NCBI GenBank assembly: GCA_965238005.1
Contig: OZ250165.1
Coordinates: forward strand, 2,432,001 to 2,496,000
DNA: 64,000 nt
Reading direction: 5' to 3'
From: Longimicrobiales bacterium
GTDB taxonomy: Bacteria > Gemmatimonadota > Gemmatimonadetes > Longimicrobiales > Gaopeijiaceae
Each line of letters opens with the position of its first letter. Position 1 is the first letter of the stretch. Both the position numbers and the translations under genes were made by a program. Positions 1 to 10,797 of the stretch are shown here, in pieces. A model generated the notes under the pieces. The model had not been told where the DNA came from. It did no database searches and saw only the letters and a program-made list of their open reading frames with translations.

Positions 1-63
1 TCTGTTCAGCGTTCCGTGATCACCGACGCTCTCGCCGACTGCTGAGAGCGCCTGGCACAGGCC

Positions 64-777
64 TCAGGCCGGCGTCGACGCCGCTTCCGTCCCCTGTCCC
101 GGCGCCGGAGTCTCCGGAGCTTCCTCGTCCTCCCCGTCCCTCGGTCCCTCTGCCGCGAGGGAAGCCCGCACGTCCTCACCCATGGCCGCCGCGAACTCGG
201 GCTCGGCCACTCCTTCCATGAGCCGCCAGCTCGACTCCAGGAACAGCCGGCGGAACTCGTCCTCGCTGATCCTGAGCAGTCCACGCTGATAGATGGACAC
301 GAGCCCGTGGGCGTGTGCCCAGATGGTTCGTGCTACGGTTTCGGGCGAACCGGACTTCAACATCCCGGACTCCATGCCCTCGCGAACCCTGTCCACCATG
401 AACTGACCGGTGGCACACGCCTGGTCCGTGGCGTCGTGGGGCAGGGCTCCGTGGCCCATGAGCTCGTGAGCCGTATGCAGGAGCTGGTAGTACCGGGGAT
501 GCTCGAGGGCGTATGCCAGGTACCAGCGCCCGGTCAGGCTGAAGCGCTCCATGGGAGTGCGACCCTCCAAGGCCCGATATAGGTACTGGGCGAACACCTT
601 GAAGGCCTCTCCCACCACGTCCACCAGCACCATCTCCTTGCTCTCGTAGTGCCGGTAGAGCGCAGGCGCCGTGACTCCCAATCGCTTGGCGAGCTTCCGC
701 ATGGACAATCCCTCCAGCCCGCCGATGATGAGGAGGTCGCACGCCTCCGACAGAATCTGATCTCTTTGTGTAGACAT
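64..777 (-). CDS. TetR/AcrR family transcriptional regulator (probably leaderless)
   Basis: N-terminal HTH LSMRKLAKRLGVTAPALYRHYESK; C-terminal W-x-x-x-HG (WHG-like) segment; start taken at ATG 777 (MSTQRDQIL). Confidence 0.9.
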   Translation of the reverse strand: MSTQRDQILSEACDLLIIGGLEGLSMRKLAKRLGVTAPALYRHYESKEMVLVDVVGEAFKVFAQYLYRALEGRTPMERFSLTGRWYLAYALEHPRYYQLLHTAHELMGHGALPHDATDQACATGQFMVDRVREGMESGMLKSGSPETVARTIWAHAHGLVSIYQRGLLRISEDEFRRLFLESSWRLMEGVAEPEFAAAMGEDVRASLAAEGPRDGEDEEAPETPAPGQGTEAASTPA

Positions 778-778
778 G

Positions 779-813
779 GTTAACAGTGTAAACAAGACGA
801 AAAGTTAAGTCAA
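779..813 (-). promoter_or_regulatory. sigma70-type promoter TTGACT-N17-TACACT with an overlapping near-palindromic operator GTTAACAGTGTAAAC (779-793)
   Basis: -35 at 813-808 and -10 at 790-785 on the minus strand; -10 ends 7 nt before the tetR ATG; the inverted repeat overlaps the -10. Confidence 0.7.
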
Positions 814-999
814 CTGCCTATTGTGCCAAAAGGTGCATATGGTTCTGTGAATGCTGTTCAGGACGGTGGGCCATGGGATGGTGGTGGCTTGAACTGCTGA
901 ATCACCGAGAGTGGGGCTCCACCACAGGAGACGAGGCAGTAGGATCGGCTCTAGAGGACAGGTTCGTAGTAGACCTGCCCGAGAATCCCCCGGAAGCTG

Positions 1000-1182
1000 G
1001 TGCCGAGCAACGCGGGCAACGCGGCCGAAGGCCGTGGTCCGAGGAGGAGGAACGCCGCAGGGCCGGATGCGTCGGTGCTCGAGCCGAGCGACCTTCATGC
1101 TCGTCGTGAGCGCCGAGTTGACCGCGAGACGATCGAGCGCAGCGAGATCAATGGCCGAGACACTTCTGGGACACCACACTAG
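1000..1182. repeat. Partial copy of miniature inverted-repeat element family A
   Basis: ~70 bp core closely matches the reverse complement of 52640-52715; ends in TGGCCGAGACACTTCTGGGACACCACACTAG, like the right ends of the copies ending at 15097 and 52790; left terminus not found. Confidence 0.7.
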
Positions 1183-1246
1183 GGGTGACTTCGCTTGGCG
1201 ACCCGCCCATCGATCGTGACGAAGGCCACCCACGGCCACGAACCGC

Positions 1247-2002
1247 TCAGTCGCCCGGTGCACTCCGCAGCGACGCCACGATGAGGTCGCGGTTCAGACG
1301 GGCGATGTACTTGACGCTGATCCCCTTGGGGCACGCAACCTCGCAGGCACCGTGATTCGTGCAGTTGCCGAATCCTTCCGCGTCGTGCACCCCCACCATG
1401 CCCAGCGCCCGGGAGTCGCGCTCCGGCTGCCCCTGAGGCAGTAGCCCCAGATGGGAGATCTTGGCGGCCGCAAACAGCATGGCCGAGGCGTTCGGACAAG
1501 CCGCCACACACGCCCCGCAGCCGATACATGTGGCCGCGTCCATGGCGTCGTCCGCCTTGTCCTTCTCGACGGGGAGGGCGTTCGCGTCGGGAGCGCTGCC
1601 TGCCCGAATCGAGACGTAGCCGCCCGCCTCGATGATACGGTCGAAGGGCGACCGATCCACGACCAGGTCCTTGAGAATGGGGAACGCCGTGGCGCGCCAC
1701 GGCTCGATCCAGATCTCGTCGCCGTCCCGGAATGTCCGCATGTGGAGCTCACACGTGGTGGTCATCGTCTTGGGGCCGTGGGGCACTCCGTTGATCATCA
1801 TGCCGCAGGCGCCGCAGATCCCTTCCCTGCAGTCGTGCTCAAAGGCGATGGGCTCGGCGCCGTCCTTGATGAGTCGTTCGTTCACCTCGTCGAGCATCTC
1901 CAGGAAGGACATGTCCGGGCTGACGTCCCTCGGGTGGTGTGTCTCGAAGGCGCCTGCCTGGTCGGGGCCCGCCTGCCGCCAGACGTGGAGCGTGAGGTCC
2001 AT
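1247..2002 (-). CDS. sdhB: Succinate dehydrogenase/fumarate reductase Fe-S subunit
   Basis: [22 protein letters not shown] and [12 protein letters not shown]ys clusters. Confidence 0.95.
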   Translation of the reverse strand: MDLTLHVWRQAGPDQAGAFETHHPRDVSPDMSFLEMLDEVNERLIKDGAEPIAFEHDCREGICGACGMMINGVPHGPKTMTTTCELHMRTFRDGDEIWIEPWRATAFPILKDLVVDRSPFDRIIEAGGYVSIRAGSAPDANALPVEKDKADDAMDAATCIGCGACVAACPNASAMLFAAAKISHLGLLPQGQPERDSRALGMVGVHDAEGFGNCTNHGACEVACPKGISVKYIARLNRDLIVASLRSAPGD

Positions 2003-3918
2003 TACTTGTAGCTCCTCTGCGACAGCGGAACGTGCTCGAACTCCAGGGCCTCCGAGTGACGGACGGGCTCATTCCCCTTCCCCCTGTACTCCCAGACGGC
2101 AACGTGGGTGAAGTTCTCGTCGTCCCGCCGGGCTTCGCCCTCGGCGGTTGTGTGCTCCGAGCGATAGTGGGCCCCGCACGACTCGTCCCTCTTGAGGGCG
2201 TCGTGACACATGGTCTCGGCGAACTCCAGAAAGTCGGCCACCCGTCCGGCCTTCTCCAGCGACTGGTTCAGCGTCTGGGCGCTACCGGGCACGCGAACGT
2301 CCCGCCAAAAGCGCTCTCGAATCTCGGGGATCCCGTCGAGAGCCTCCCGTAGACCCTGTGCGTTCCGCTCCATACCGCAGCGGTTCCATATGAGGTGACC
2401 CAACTCCTGATGGAACTCGTCCACGGTCCTAGAGCCGTCCACGTCCAAGAGCCTGCGCGCCGTCTCCTGCACCTCTCTCTCGACGCTTCGGAACTCGACG
2501 GCGTCCGTGCTCAGGTCGTGGTCGTGCGTCATCCGGGCCAGGTAGTTCCCGATGGTCATGGGCAAGATGAAGTACCCGTCGGCGAGGCCCTGCATGAGGG
2601 CGCTGGCGCCCAGGCGGTTGGCTCCGTGGTCCGAGAAGTTGGCCTCTCCGATGACGAACAGACCCGGTACCGTGCTCTGGAGATCGTAGTCGACCCACAG
2701 GCCGCCCATGGTATAGTGCGGCGCCGGGTAGATCCGCATGGGCACGCGGTACGGGTCCTCACCCGTGATGTTCTCGTACATCTCGAAGAGGTTGCCGTAG
2801 CGCTCGGCGATGGTATCCTGCCCGAGACGCTCGATGGAGTCTGAGAAATCGAGGAAGACCCCGTTGCTCCGGGGTCCCGCCCCGTGGCCCATGTCCACCA
2901 TCTCCTTGGCGCGCCGCGAAGCCACGTCCCGGGGGACCAGGTTCCCGAAGCTGGGATAGATGCGCTCCAGGTAGTAGTCCCGCTCGTCTTCGGGGATGTC
3001 TAGGGGCGCTCGGTTGTCACCCTGGCTCTGCGACACCCAAATGCGGCCGTCGTTTCTGAGCGACTCGCTCATGAGGGTGAGCTTGGACTGATACTCCCCG
3101 GCGGGCGGAATGCACGTGGGGTGGATCTGCGTGAAGCAGGGGTTGGCGAAGCCCGCGCCGCGCTTGTGAGCTCTCCAGGTCGCCGTGACGTTGCACGCCT
3201 TGGCGTTGGTGGAAAGGTAGAAGACGTTCGAGTACCCGCCGGTGGCCAGGACCACCGCATCTCCCATGTGGGATTCCACCTTCCCGCTCACCAGGTCGCG
3301 CGTGACGATCCCCCGGGCCTCGCCCTCCACGACCACCACGTCGAGCATCTCGTGGCGGGTGTGCATCTGCACCATTCCGCTCTTCACGGCCCGCTGTAGA
3401 GCCTGGTAGGCGCCCAGAAGAAGCTGCTGTCCTGTCTGCCCGCGGGCGTAGAACGTACGGGATACCTGGGCTCCACCGAAGGAGCGATTGGCTAGTAATC
3501 CCCCGTACTCCCTTGCGAAGGGCACGCCCTGGGCCACCGCCTGGTCGATGATGTTCTCGCTCACCTGAGCGAGCCGATAGACGTTGGCCTCCCGAGAACG
3601 GAAGTCCCCACCCTTCACCGTGTCGTAGAAGAGGCGGTACGTGCTGTCCCCGTCGTTCTGGTAGTTCTTCGACGCGTTGATCCCGCCTTGCGCCGCGATG
3701 GAGTGGGCCCGCCGTGCCGAGTCGTGATACGTAAAGACCTTCACCATGTAGCCGAGCTCGGCCATTGTGGCGGCCGCCGCCGCACCGGCAAGCCCCGTAC
3801 CCACCATGATGACGTCGTATTTCCGCTTGTTGGCCGGGTTTACCAGCTTCATGTCGAAGCGGTGCTTGTTCCACTTCTGATCGATGGGGCCGGCCGGGAT
3901 TCCTGGATTCAGTTCCAT
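2002..3918 (-). CDS. sdhA: Succinate dehydrogenase flavoprotein subunit
   Basis: GTGLAG FAD motif, [23 protein letters not shown]. Confidence 0.95.
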   Translation of the reverse strand: MELNPGIPAGPIDQKWNKHRFDMKLVNPANKRKYDVIMVGTGLAGAAAAATMAELGYMVKVFTYHDSARRAHSIAAQGGINASKNYQNDGDSTYRLFYDTVKGGDFRSREANVYRLAQVSENIIDQAVAQGVPFAREYGGLLANRSFGGAQVSRTFYARGQTGQQLLLGAYQALQRAVKSGMVQMHTRHEMLDVVVVEGEARGIVTRDLVSGKVESHMGDAVVLATGGYSNVFYLSTNAKACNVTATWRAHKRGAGFANPCFTQIHPTCIPPAGEYQSKLTLMSESLRNDGRIWVSQSQGDNRAPLDIPEDERDYYLERIYPSFGNLVPRDVASRRAKEMVDMGHGAGPRSNGVFLDFSDSIERLGQDTIAERYGNLFEMYENITGEDPYRVPMRIYPAPHYTMGGLWVDYDLQSTVPGLFVIGEANFSDHGANRLGASALMQGLADGYFILPMTIGNYLARMTHDHDLSTDAVEFRSVEREVQETARRLLDVDGSRTVDEFHQELGHLIWNRCGMERNAQGLREALDGIPEIRERFWRDVRVPGSAQTLNQSLEKAGRVADFLEFAETMCHDALKRDESCGAHYRSEHTTAEGEARRDDENFTHVAVWEYRGKGNEPVRHSEALEFEHVPLSQRSYK

Positions 3919-3932
3919 GCCCTACCGACTCC

Positions 3933-4625
3933 CTAGCGAAGGACTCCCATCAGGGCCGCGAAGGGCACCGACAGGAATCCTCCCACGATGACAAAGGTGA
4001 GCACGGCGGCGAACGGGCGACGCAGGTGGTCGTAACGAGGATGGCTCGCGCCCAGGGTCTGGAAGATGCTCCACAAGCCATGGTACAGGTGAAGCCCGAG
4101 AGCCAGGGTTGCCACGGTATAGGCGCCCACCACCAGCGGGCTCTGGAACCCGATGACGAGGTTGTGATACACGGCGCCGTGCGCGAAGTCCGGATGGACC
4201 GATCCGACGGTCATATGAAGCAGATGGTAGATGATGTAGAGAAGGATGATGACCCCACCCCAGCGCATCGTCCTCGACGCGTAGCTGAAGGAGATGGACT
4301 CCTCCTTGGCGTAACGTGTCGTCCTGGCCGCCCGGCTCTGAAGGTAGAGCTGCGTCGCCGACACGATGTGCATGCCGATGAGCGCCAGCATGAGGAGCCG
4401 GATACCCCAGAGGCCGAAGCCCTCCGGAAGGACGGGCTCGCCCATGGTCCGCAGAAACTCTGCGTACTCGTCGATGTGGTAGATGCCGGCTTCGTTGGTG
4501 CCCAGGAAGGCCTTCAGGTTCCCGGTCATGTGGCCGAAGAGGTAGCCCACCATGACGAGACCGGATACCGCCATGGTGGTCTTCTTGCCCACCGATGAAC
4601 CGTATAAAGTAAATATTCGACGCAT
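3933..4625 (-). CDS. sdhC: Succinate dehydrogenase cytochrome b subunit
   Basis: SSVGKK..MAVSG start, five TM helices, heme His residues (GHM, MHI, HLLH, HLYHG); first gene of the sdh operon. Confidence 0.9.
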   Translation of the reverse strand: MRRIFTLYGSSVGKKTTMAVSGLVMVGYLFGHMTGNLKAFLGTNEAGIYHIDEYAEFLRTMGEPVLPEGFGLWGIRLLMLALIGMHIVSATQLYLQSRAARTTRYAKEESISFSYASRTMRWGGVIILLYIIYHLLHMTVGSVHPDFAHGAVYHNLVIGFQSPLVVGAYTVATLALGLHLYHGLWSIFQTLGASHPRYDHLRRPFAAVLTFVIVGGFLSVPFAALMGVLR

Positions 4626-4707
4626 GGTGTCTCCCACCGATCAGCGCCGGCGGTGCTGTGGGTCCGGCCGACGAGACGGGGCGGCAGCCCCGGACCGACC
4701 CCCAGCG

Positions 4708-5640
4708 TCAGCCGGCGAGAGCCTCCATCGTGCTCCGGACGGCATCGACGCTGCTCGCCAGATCCGCGGCCTCGGCCTCGGTGATCTCCACTTCGACGAT
4801 CTCCAGCAGGCCGCCCTCGCCCAGCTTGCACGGAACGCCCAGGAAAATGCCGTCGTGGCCGAACTCGCCCTGGAGATACGCCGCGCACGGGAGGATACGT
4901 CGCTTGTTCTTCACGATGGCCTCGGCCATCTGAACGGCTGCCGCCGACGGAGCATAGTAGGCGCTTCCGGTCTTCAGGTGGCCAACGATCTCCGCTCCTC
5001 CCTTGCGAGTACGCTCGATGAGGGCATCGATGCGATCTCGGTCCAGAAAGTGTGTCAGCGGGATCCCCGAGATGTTGGTGGTGGAGACCAGCGGCACCAT
5101 CGTGTCGCCGTGCCCCCCGAGCACCAGAGCCTGGATGTCTTCGACGCTCACGTCGAGCTCTATGGCGATGAAGGAGCGATAGCGGGCCGTGTCCAGGACG
5201 CCGGCCATGCCGATCACCCTCTCCCTGGGGAAACCCGTGGTCTGCATCGCCACGTACGACATGACGTCGAGGGGGTTCGACACCATGATGATGATGGAGT
5301 CGGGCGCCACCCTGGCGATCTCCTGCGACACCGACTCTACGATGCCGGCGTTCGTCCTGAGGAGGTCGTCTCGGCTCATGCCCGGCTTGCGAGCGATTCC
5401 GGCCGTGACAATGAAGAGTTCCGACCCTGCGGCCGCCTCGTAGTCGTTGGAACCGATGATCTGCGAGTCGAAGCCTTCGACGGGTGCGCTCTCCCACTGA
5501 TCGAGCCCCTTTCCCTGAGGGATTCCCTCGACGATGTCGATGAGAACGACTTCGCGGGCGAGCTCTTTTTCTGCCAGTCGCTGGGCACAGGTCGCTCCGA
5601 CGTGACCCGCACCCACGACCGTGATCTTGTGGACGCTCAT
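4708..5640 (-). CDS. mdh: Malate dehydrogenase (LDH-like)
   Basis: GAGHVG, ARKPGMSRDDL, LGGHGD, GSAYYAP. Confidence 0.95.
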   Translation of the reverse strand: MSVHKITVVGAGHVGATCAQRLAEKELAREVVLIDIVEGIPQGKGLDQWESAPVEGFDSQIIGSNDYEAAAGSELFIVTAGIARKPGMSRDDLLRTNAGIVESVSQEIARVAPDSIIIMVSNPLDVMSYVAMQTTGFPRERVIGMAGVLDTARYRSFIAIELDVSVEDIQALVLGGHGDTMVPLVSTTNISGIPLTHFLDRDRIDALIERTRKGGAEIVGHLKTGSAYYAPSAAAVQMAEAIVKNKRRILPCAAYLQGEFGHDGIFLGVPCKLGEGGLLEIVEVEITEAEAADLASSVDAVRSTMEALAG

Positions 5641-6620
5641 CAGCCCCCGGTCTGGGAGAGGGCCACGAGACCTCCCGACCCTTCGTCACTTCCCTGGATC
5701 AGGTAATGCCGCTCAGGCTTGATGCGGAGCGTTTCTTCGATGAGCGGAACCAGGTCGGACCCCTGGCGAAGCGGGTCTCGCAGGTTGGTCTGGAGAGAAC
5801 CGAAGAGACACGGGCGGAGCTGGCCATCGGCGGTCAGGCGCATGCGGTTGCAGCGGTCGCAGAAATTGTGACTCATGGGAGTGATGACTCCGACCGTGCC
5901 ACGCCCGTCTGGGAAGCGAAAATACGTGGCCGGGCCGTTCCCTCGAGGACCCTCCACCGGCTCCAGCTCCCCCAGCTTCCGGATCCTGGCAAGGGCATCC
6001 TGGCAGGACACGAAGTTGTCCGCGCTCAGTTCCAGGTTGGACCCCGTGGGCATGAGCTCGATGAAGCGCACGTGCCAGGGTCTGTGCCTCGTGATGAGGG
6101 CGAACGACTCGATTTCGTCGTCATTCTGGCCACCGATGAGCACGACATTGATCTTGAGCGGCTCGAAGCCGAGGTTCTCGGCGGCTTCCAGCCCGGCCAT
6201 GATGCGGCCGAAAGAGTTTGGTCGCCGGGCGATGGCGTCCACCCGATCGGCCCTCAGCGAGTCCAACGAGATGTTGACCCGATTCACGCCGGCATCACGG
6301 AGCAGCTCCCCCTGGTCGGCCAGAAGCACCGCATTGGTGGAGAGCGAGATGTCTTCGATCTCTGGGATCTCGGACACCATGCGAATCAGCCTGTGGAGGT
6401 CCTTTCGGACCAGCGGCTCTCCCCCGGTGATGCGAACCCGCTTGAGGCCCATCCCGGCCATGACCCGGACGATGTGCGCGATCTCCTCGTAGCTGAGAAG
6501 GCTCTCGCGCTTGAGCCAGTCGAGTCCCTCCATTGGCATACAGTATACGCACCTGAGATTGCACTTGTCGGTGACGGAGATACGGAGGTACTCCACTCGG
6601 CGGCCGAACTGATCGATCAT
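5640..6620 (-). CDS. moaA: GTP 3',8-cyclase (radical SAM)
   Basis: YLRISVTDKCNLRCVYC, FCDRCNRMRLTADG, C-terminal GG. Confidence 0.95.
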   Translation of the reverse strand: MIDQFGRRVEYLRISVTDKCNLRCVYCMPMEGLDWLKRESLLSYEEIAHIVRVMAGMGLKRVRITGGEPLVRKDLHRLIRMVSEIPEIEDISLSTNAVLLADQGELLRDAGVNRVNISLDSLRADRVDAIARRPNSFGRIMAGLEAAENLGFEPLKINVVLIGGQNDDEIESFALITRHRPWHVRFIELMPTGSNLELSADNFVSCQDALARIRKLGELEPVEGPRGNGPATYFRFPDGRGTVGVITPMSHNFCDRCNRMRLTADGQLRPCLFGSLQTNLRDPLRQGSDLVPLIEETLRIKPERHYLIQGSDEGSGGLVALSQTGG

Positions 6621-7069
6621 GGCCGATCAACCTCCCGGAGCCGGGCGACAGGAGTCGTCCCGGCCACCCACTCCTCCATGCCGTCGCCATAGAGCTCCTT
6701 CTTCCAGACGGGAAGGCGCTTCTTGATCTCCTCGATGATGAATCGGGAGCTCTCGTAGGCCTCGGCACGGTGGGGGCTCGAGACCGCTATGGCCACGCTG
6801 ACATCACCCACCACCAGGTCACCGATACGGTGTACCACGGCGATGCGATCGGTTCCCAGCACACTCGCGGCCTCGTCCGCGATCTCGGTGAGAATTCCGG
6901 CGGCCATCTCCTTGTACGCGTCGTAGCGGACGCCCCCCACCGAGCGGCCCTCACTGTGATCGCGTACGACACCGACGAACAGGAGACCGGCTCCATCCTC
7001 GTCCGCTCCCACCCGAGCCAGGACTTCGGCCGGATCGATGGGGGCCCCGACAACCGCGACGAACGTCAC
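6617..7069 (-). CDS. moaE: Molybdopterin synthase catalytic subunit
   Basis: HRIGDL, SSPHR, PVWKKE motifs. Confidence 0.93.
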   Translation of the reverse strand: MTFVAVVGAPIDPAEVLARVGADEDGAGLLFVGVVRDHSEGRSVGGVRYDAYKEMAAGILTEIADEAASVLGTDRIAVVHRIGDLVVGDVSVAIAVSSPHRAEAYESSRFIIEEIKKRLPVWKKELYGDGMEEWVAGTTPVARLREVDRP

Positions 7070-7070
7070 G

Positions 7071-7316
7071 TCAGCCCCCCGCCACTGGAGGGATCAGCGC
7101 CACCTCGTCACCTTCACTGAGGAGTGCGGCCGGGTCCGCGTAGCTCTGATTCACGGCTACGGCTGGGTCGCTGGGCAGAACCGTGAACGCCCCTCCACGG
7201 GAGCGGAGCGCCGACACCAAATCCGATACCGTCGCCCCCTCTGGGAGATCGAGAAGAAGCTCCCCGGTGCCGAGGAGCTCTCGATAGGATGCGAAGAACA
7301 GGGTGCGGATTTCCAC
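7071..7316 (-). CDS. moaD: Molybdopterin synthase sulfur carrier
   Basis: LFFASYRE, VAVNQ, C-terminal PPVAGG. Confidence 0.93.
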   Translation of the reverse strand: MEIRTLFFASYRELLGTGELLLDLPEGATVSDLVSALRSRGGAFTVLPSDPAVAVNQSYADPAALLSEGDEVALIPPVAGG

Positions 7317-7380
7317 GGATTTGGGGGCGCCCAGGAGCTAGTAACAGTCTCGGGAGAGTAGAGGAACCCCACCGCTCCGG

Positions 7381-7941
7381 TCAACGTTCCAGTGGGAAGC
7401 CTCCCGGTGGCCCGAGCCCCGCACCCGGCCCTCGGCCCGGTGGGGGACCCATGCCACGACCTCCGCCCGCGCGAATGCTCTGAATCCTCTGATTCAGCTG
7501 TTCGCGCATGACGACAAAGTGCAGAAGCTGACGAGCGCTCAGAACTCCCACCAGCGCCTCCTGCTCTTCCCGGAAGAGCCGCACCTCTTCCTCGCGCAGC
7601 CGGATCATCTCCTGGAGAGCCTCGCTGGCCTGTTCTTCGGTGAGCTCGCCCTCCGTCCCGAGACGCATCAACTGTCTCCGGGTGCCCTGCTCGTCCTGCA
7701 CGAACTCCAATCGCTGCTCGCGGAAGCCCGCCAACACCTCCTGGAATCTCTGTTGCTGCTCGTCGGTGAGCCCGAGCCGCTGCCGAACCATGGCGTCGAA
7801 GCGGCCCCGGATCATCTGCTCCATCTGAGCGCGCCGGGCACCTCCCGGACGCTGTTGCGGCGGGCCCCTTCGCTGGGCGGCGACACCCTCGACGCCCATC
7901 ATTACGAGCAGGGCCATCAAGAAGCCGATCGAGCTCTTCAT
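7381..7941 (-). CDS. Secreted Spy/CpxP-like helical protein
   Basis: Signal peptide, LGLTDEQQ and VLSARQ (LTxxQ-like) motifs, G/P-rich tail; third gene of the ECF locus. Confidence 0.6.
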   Translation of the reverse strand: MKSSIGFLMALLVMMGVEGVAAQRRGPPQQRPGGARRAQMEQMIRGRFDAMVRQRLGLTDEQQQRFQEVLAGFREQRLEFVQDEQGTRRQLMRLGTEGELTEEQASEALQEMIRLREEEVRLFREEQEALVGVLSARQLLHFVVMREQLNQRIQSIRAGGGRGMGPPPGRGPGAGLGPPGGFPLER

Positions 7942-8390
7942 CCTCCGAGCTCCTCCAACAAGAGAGCCAGATCCTCCTCGGACAGTTCTTCCAGCATCGA
8001 AGCACCGGCCACGAAGGCGTCGTCACTAGCCCAACCCATCAAGAACGACTCCTGTGCGAGCTGGCTCGTCTCAGGCAGAGTCTGGGCGCGCTGCCAGACG
8101 AGCGCCGTCCCCAAAGCGAGAACCACCGTTGCGGCAGCCGGGAGTCGCCAGCCCAACAACCACCGCGTACGCACTCTGTCGCGGGCCACCGCTTCCTTGA
8201 TCTCGGCAGCCAAGCCGGCAGGCGGCGCAGGTGTGGTCGTTCGGATCTGCCGGAGCAGCGCGACTTCGTCACTGCACTCCGCACAAGCGGATACATGCAC
8301 TTCGATCCGGGAGAGCTCCTCGTCGAGGAGCTCTCCCCGGACCAGCCCCGGTAGCAGGTCCTTTGTGTCTGCGCACGTGCTGTCCTTCAT
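7938..8390 (-). CDS. Zinc-binding (zf-HC2/ZAS) membrane anti-sigma factor
   Basis: HVSACAEC (HxxxCxxC) plus one TM helix; overlaps the sigma factor stop. Confidence 0.85.
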   Translation of the reverse strand: MKDSTCADTKDLLPGLVRGELLDEELSRIEVHVSACAECSDEVALLRQIRTTTPAPPAGLAAEIKEAVARDRVRTRWLLGWRLPAAATVVLALGTALVWQRAQTLPETSQLAQESFLMGWASDDAFVAGASMLEELSEEDLALLLEELGG

Positions 8391-8947
8391 GGCTCCAACA
8401 TCTCCCTAAGGCGGCGGATCCCGTGATGGTAGTTCACTCGAGCCGAACCCTCTGAAGAACCGATGATCTCACCGATCTCCCTAAAGCTCAAGCCATCGTC
8501 GATTCTCAGCGTCACCGAGAGCCTCTGTTTGTTGGGGAGCTCGTCCACGGCTTCCCGGACGCGAGCCGCCTCGGAACGGAGAGCAACCTCCGTCGACGGG
8601 TCGTTTCCGGGGGCCGCGATGGCGCCCACATCCCCGAGTCCCCGCTCCTTCCGCCTGCCGACCTTGCGGAGAAGCCCACGGGCCTCGTTGCCCGCGATGG
8701 CCAGGAGCCACGTCCTGAAGGCGGCGTCTCCCCGGAACCGGTCCAGGGCTTTGAACGCCTTGATAAAACAGTCCTGGCTCGCATCCTCTGCAAGATCCTC
8801 GTCTCCAATGATTACCAAGCACGTCCGAAAGACCACGCCGTGATTCCGATCCACCAGCAGGTCCATCGCCCGACTGTCGCCAGCCTGTGCACGGCGAACC
8901 AGCTCCTCGTCGGAAGGTGGCTCGGTGCGTCGGTCCTCGGCCATCAT
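8387..8947 (-). CDS. ECF sigma-70 family factor
   Basis: Region 2 AEDASQDCFIKAF..FRTWLLAIAGN; region 4 LSFREIGEIIGSSEGS. Confidence 0.92.
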   Translation of the reverse strand: MMAEDRRTEPPSDEELVRRAQAGDSRAMDLLVDRNHGVVFRTCLVIIGDEDLAEDASQDCFIKAFKALDRFRGDAAFRTWLLAIAGNEARGLLRKVGRRKERGLGDVGAIAAPGNDPSTEVALRSEAARVREAVDELPNKQRLSVTLRIDDGLSFREIGEIIGSSEGSARVNYHHGIRRLREMLEP

Positions 8948-9069
8948 GAATCAGATGCTCGTCGTCACCGAAGCGTTAAGTCCGTTGGGACGACGGAAGG
9001 CGAACGGGCCCAGACGACGCTGGATTGGGCTCGAGGCAAGACGAACCGGATACGCGACGGGCAGCGGTG

Positions 9070-9372
9070 CTACTCTACCGGCTGCCCGTCGAGCTGACTG
9101 ACGCGCGTCCGAAGGTGCTTTGAGGGCTTGAACACCGGAACGCTCCTGGACGGCACCTCCACACCTTCGCCAGTCCGTGGGTTCCGGGCCATCCGGCTCT
9201 TCCGCTTTCGCACCTTGAAGGTTCCGAACCCACGGATCTCGATGTTCTCTCCGTTGGCCAATGCCCGCTTTACGGCGTTGAGGAATCCATCGACAATCAG
9301 GGCGCAGTCCTTCTTGGTGATCCCGGGACCGATGGCTTCCGCGACCTGTTCGACGAGGTCCGCCTTGGTCAT
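9070..9372 (-). CDS. HU/IHF family DNA-binding protein
   Basis: MTKADLV, IRGFGTF, RNPRTG; start at ATG 9372. Confidence 0.92.
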   Translation of the reverse strand: MTKADLVEQVAEAIGPGITKKDCALIVDGFLNAVKRALANGENIEIRGFGTFKVRKRKSRMARNPRTGEGVEVPSRSVPVFKPSKHLRTRVSQLDGQPVE

Positions 9373-9460
9373 CCATTCCTCCGCAATGCGAAAAGTCCGA
9401 GCGATGGCAGGGCTGCCACGGTAACGCTCTCGAACCTGGAACGTCAAGTGCCCCTTGGAC

Positions 9461-10585
9461 CTACGGGCGCCGGGCCTCCATGAGTGCGATGAACTGATCG
9501 AAAAGGTACCGACTGTCGTGGGGTCCCGGAGCAGCTTCAGGGTGATACTGGACCGCAAACACGGGCCGTTCCCGGTGGACCACGCCCTCCGCGGTTCCGT
9601 CATAGAGATTGACGTGCGTAAGCCGGAGCTCCGGAGCTCCGGGAATCTCGTCCCCTTCTCCCAGGGTCACCGCGAATCCATGGTTCTGGGACGTGATCTC
9701 CACGGTATTCTGGTCGAGATTGCGGACCGGGTGGTTTCCCCCGTGATGACCGAAGGGGAGCTTGTAAGTCCTGGCACCGAAGGCCCGTGCGATGAGCTGG
9801 TGGCCAAGGCAGATTCCGAAGACGGGGGTGTCGTTTTCGGAAAGCCGGAGGATGGCGGCCTCGGCCTTCTCGACAGCTGAAGGATCCCCCGGTCCGTTGG
9901 AGACGAACATCCCGTCGGGGTGCTCGGCGAGAATGTCCTCCACCGACGTATCCGCGGGAATGACCGTCACACGGCAGCCCCCCTCGGCCAGAAGCCGCGG
10001 CGAGTGAGCCTTGACGCCGAAGTCGTAGGCGAGAACGTGGAAGCGCTCCTCGCCCACGGCCTCGACCACGTAGGGGTCGTCCGTGGATACGCCACAGGCC
10101 AGATCGAGACCTTCCATGCGTGGATGCGCAAGCACGCTCTCCAGCAGGGCCTCCTCGTCCGTCTCCGCCGGCGCGATGGCACCGCGCATGGCTCCCTCGG
10201 ATCGGATATGGCGGGTCAGTGCCCTGGTGTCGACCTCTGCGATTCCAACAACGCCGTGGGCCGTCAGATATTCCTCCAGCGAAGCCGTCGCCCGCCACGA
10301 AGAGTGCTGCGGGGGAAGCTCACGAACCACAAACCCGGTGACCTGTGGGCTATCCGACTCCCGGTCTTGGTCGTTCACTCCGTAGTTGCCGATCAGCGGA
10401 TACGTCATGACGACGTGCTGACCAGAATACGACGGATCCGTGAGGATCTCCTGGTAGCCTGTCATGGAGGTGTTGAAGACCACCTCCCCCAGTGAGGGGC
10501 CCGGGGCGCCGACGCGAAAACCGTCGAAGCGCCGGCCGTCCTCGAGGAGCAGGTACACGGGTTCGCGTGGATGAGTGCGAGCCAC
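9461..10585 (-). CDS. carA: Carbamoyl-phosphate synthase small subunit
   Basis: GEVVFNTSMTGYQE, SNGPGDP, GICLGHQ, QYHPEA. Confidence 0.96.
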   Translation of the reverse strand: MARTHPREPVYLLLEDGRRFDGFRVGAPGPSLGEVVFNTSMTGYQEILTDPSYSGQHVVMTYPLIGNYGVNDQDRESDSPQVTGFVVRELPPQHSSWRATASLEEYLTAHGVVGIAEVDTRALTRHIRSEGAMRGAIAPAETDEEALLESVLAHPRMEGLDLACGVSTDDPYVVEAVGEERFHVLAYDFGVKAHSPRLLAEGGCRVTVIPADTSVEDILAEHPDGMFVSNGPGDPSAVEKAEAAILRLSENDTPVFGICLGHQLIARAFGARTYKLPFGHHGGNHPVRNLDQNTVEITSQNHGFAVTLGEGDEIPGAPELRLTHVNLYDGTAEGVVHRERPVFAVQYHPEAAPGPHDSRYLFDQFIALMEARRP

Positions 10586-10797
10586 CAGCTAAAGGCCTCA
10601 AGTCCGAGTTAGATGTGTTGCCGTCAGTAGCCTCCGACCGCCGGCGGAATCTAGAACCGGAGCAAACCGAGTCAAGCTTACGCGCCACCCGTTCCGCGGC
10701 CCCTTTCGGCACCCTACCTTTCTCGCGATCCGCCGGAGGGCGAGCGCCGGCACCCATCCAGCAGGCAGACAATTGACCCAGGAGAAGAAGAGCCAAA

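Noticed and set aside
10648..10675. carA promoter region (minus strand TTGACT-N16-TAGATT) contains TCGGTTTGCTCCGG, which resembles the mutasome operator
   Set aside because: Half-site spacing is 10 rather than 11 and the CTTT flank is missing, so it is not counted as an operator copy.
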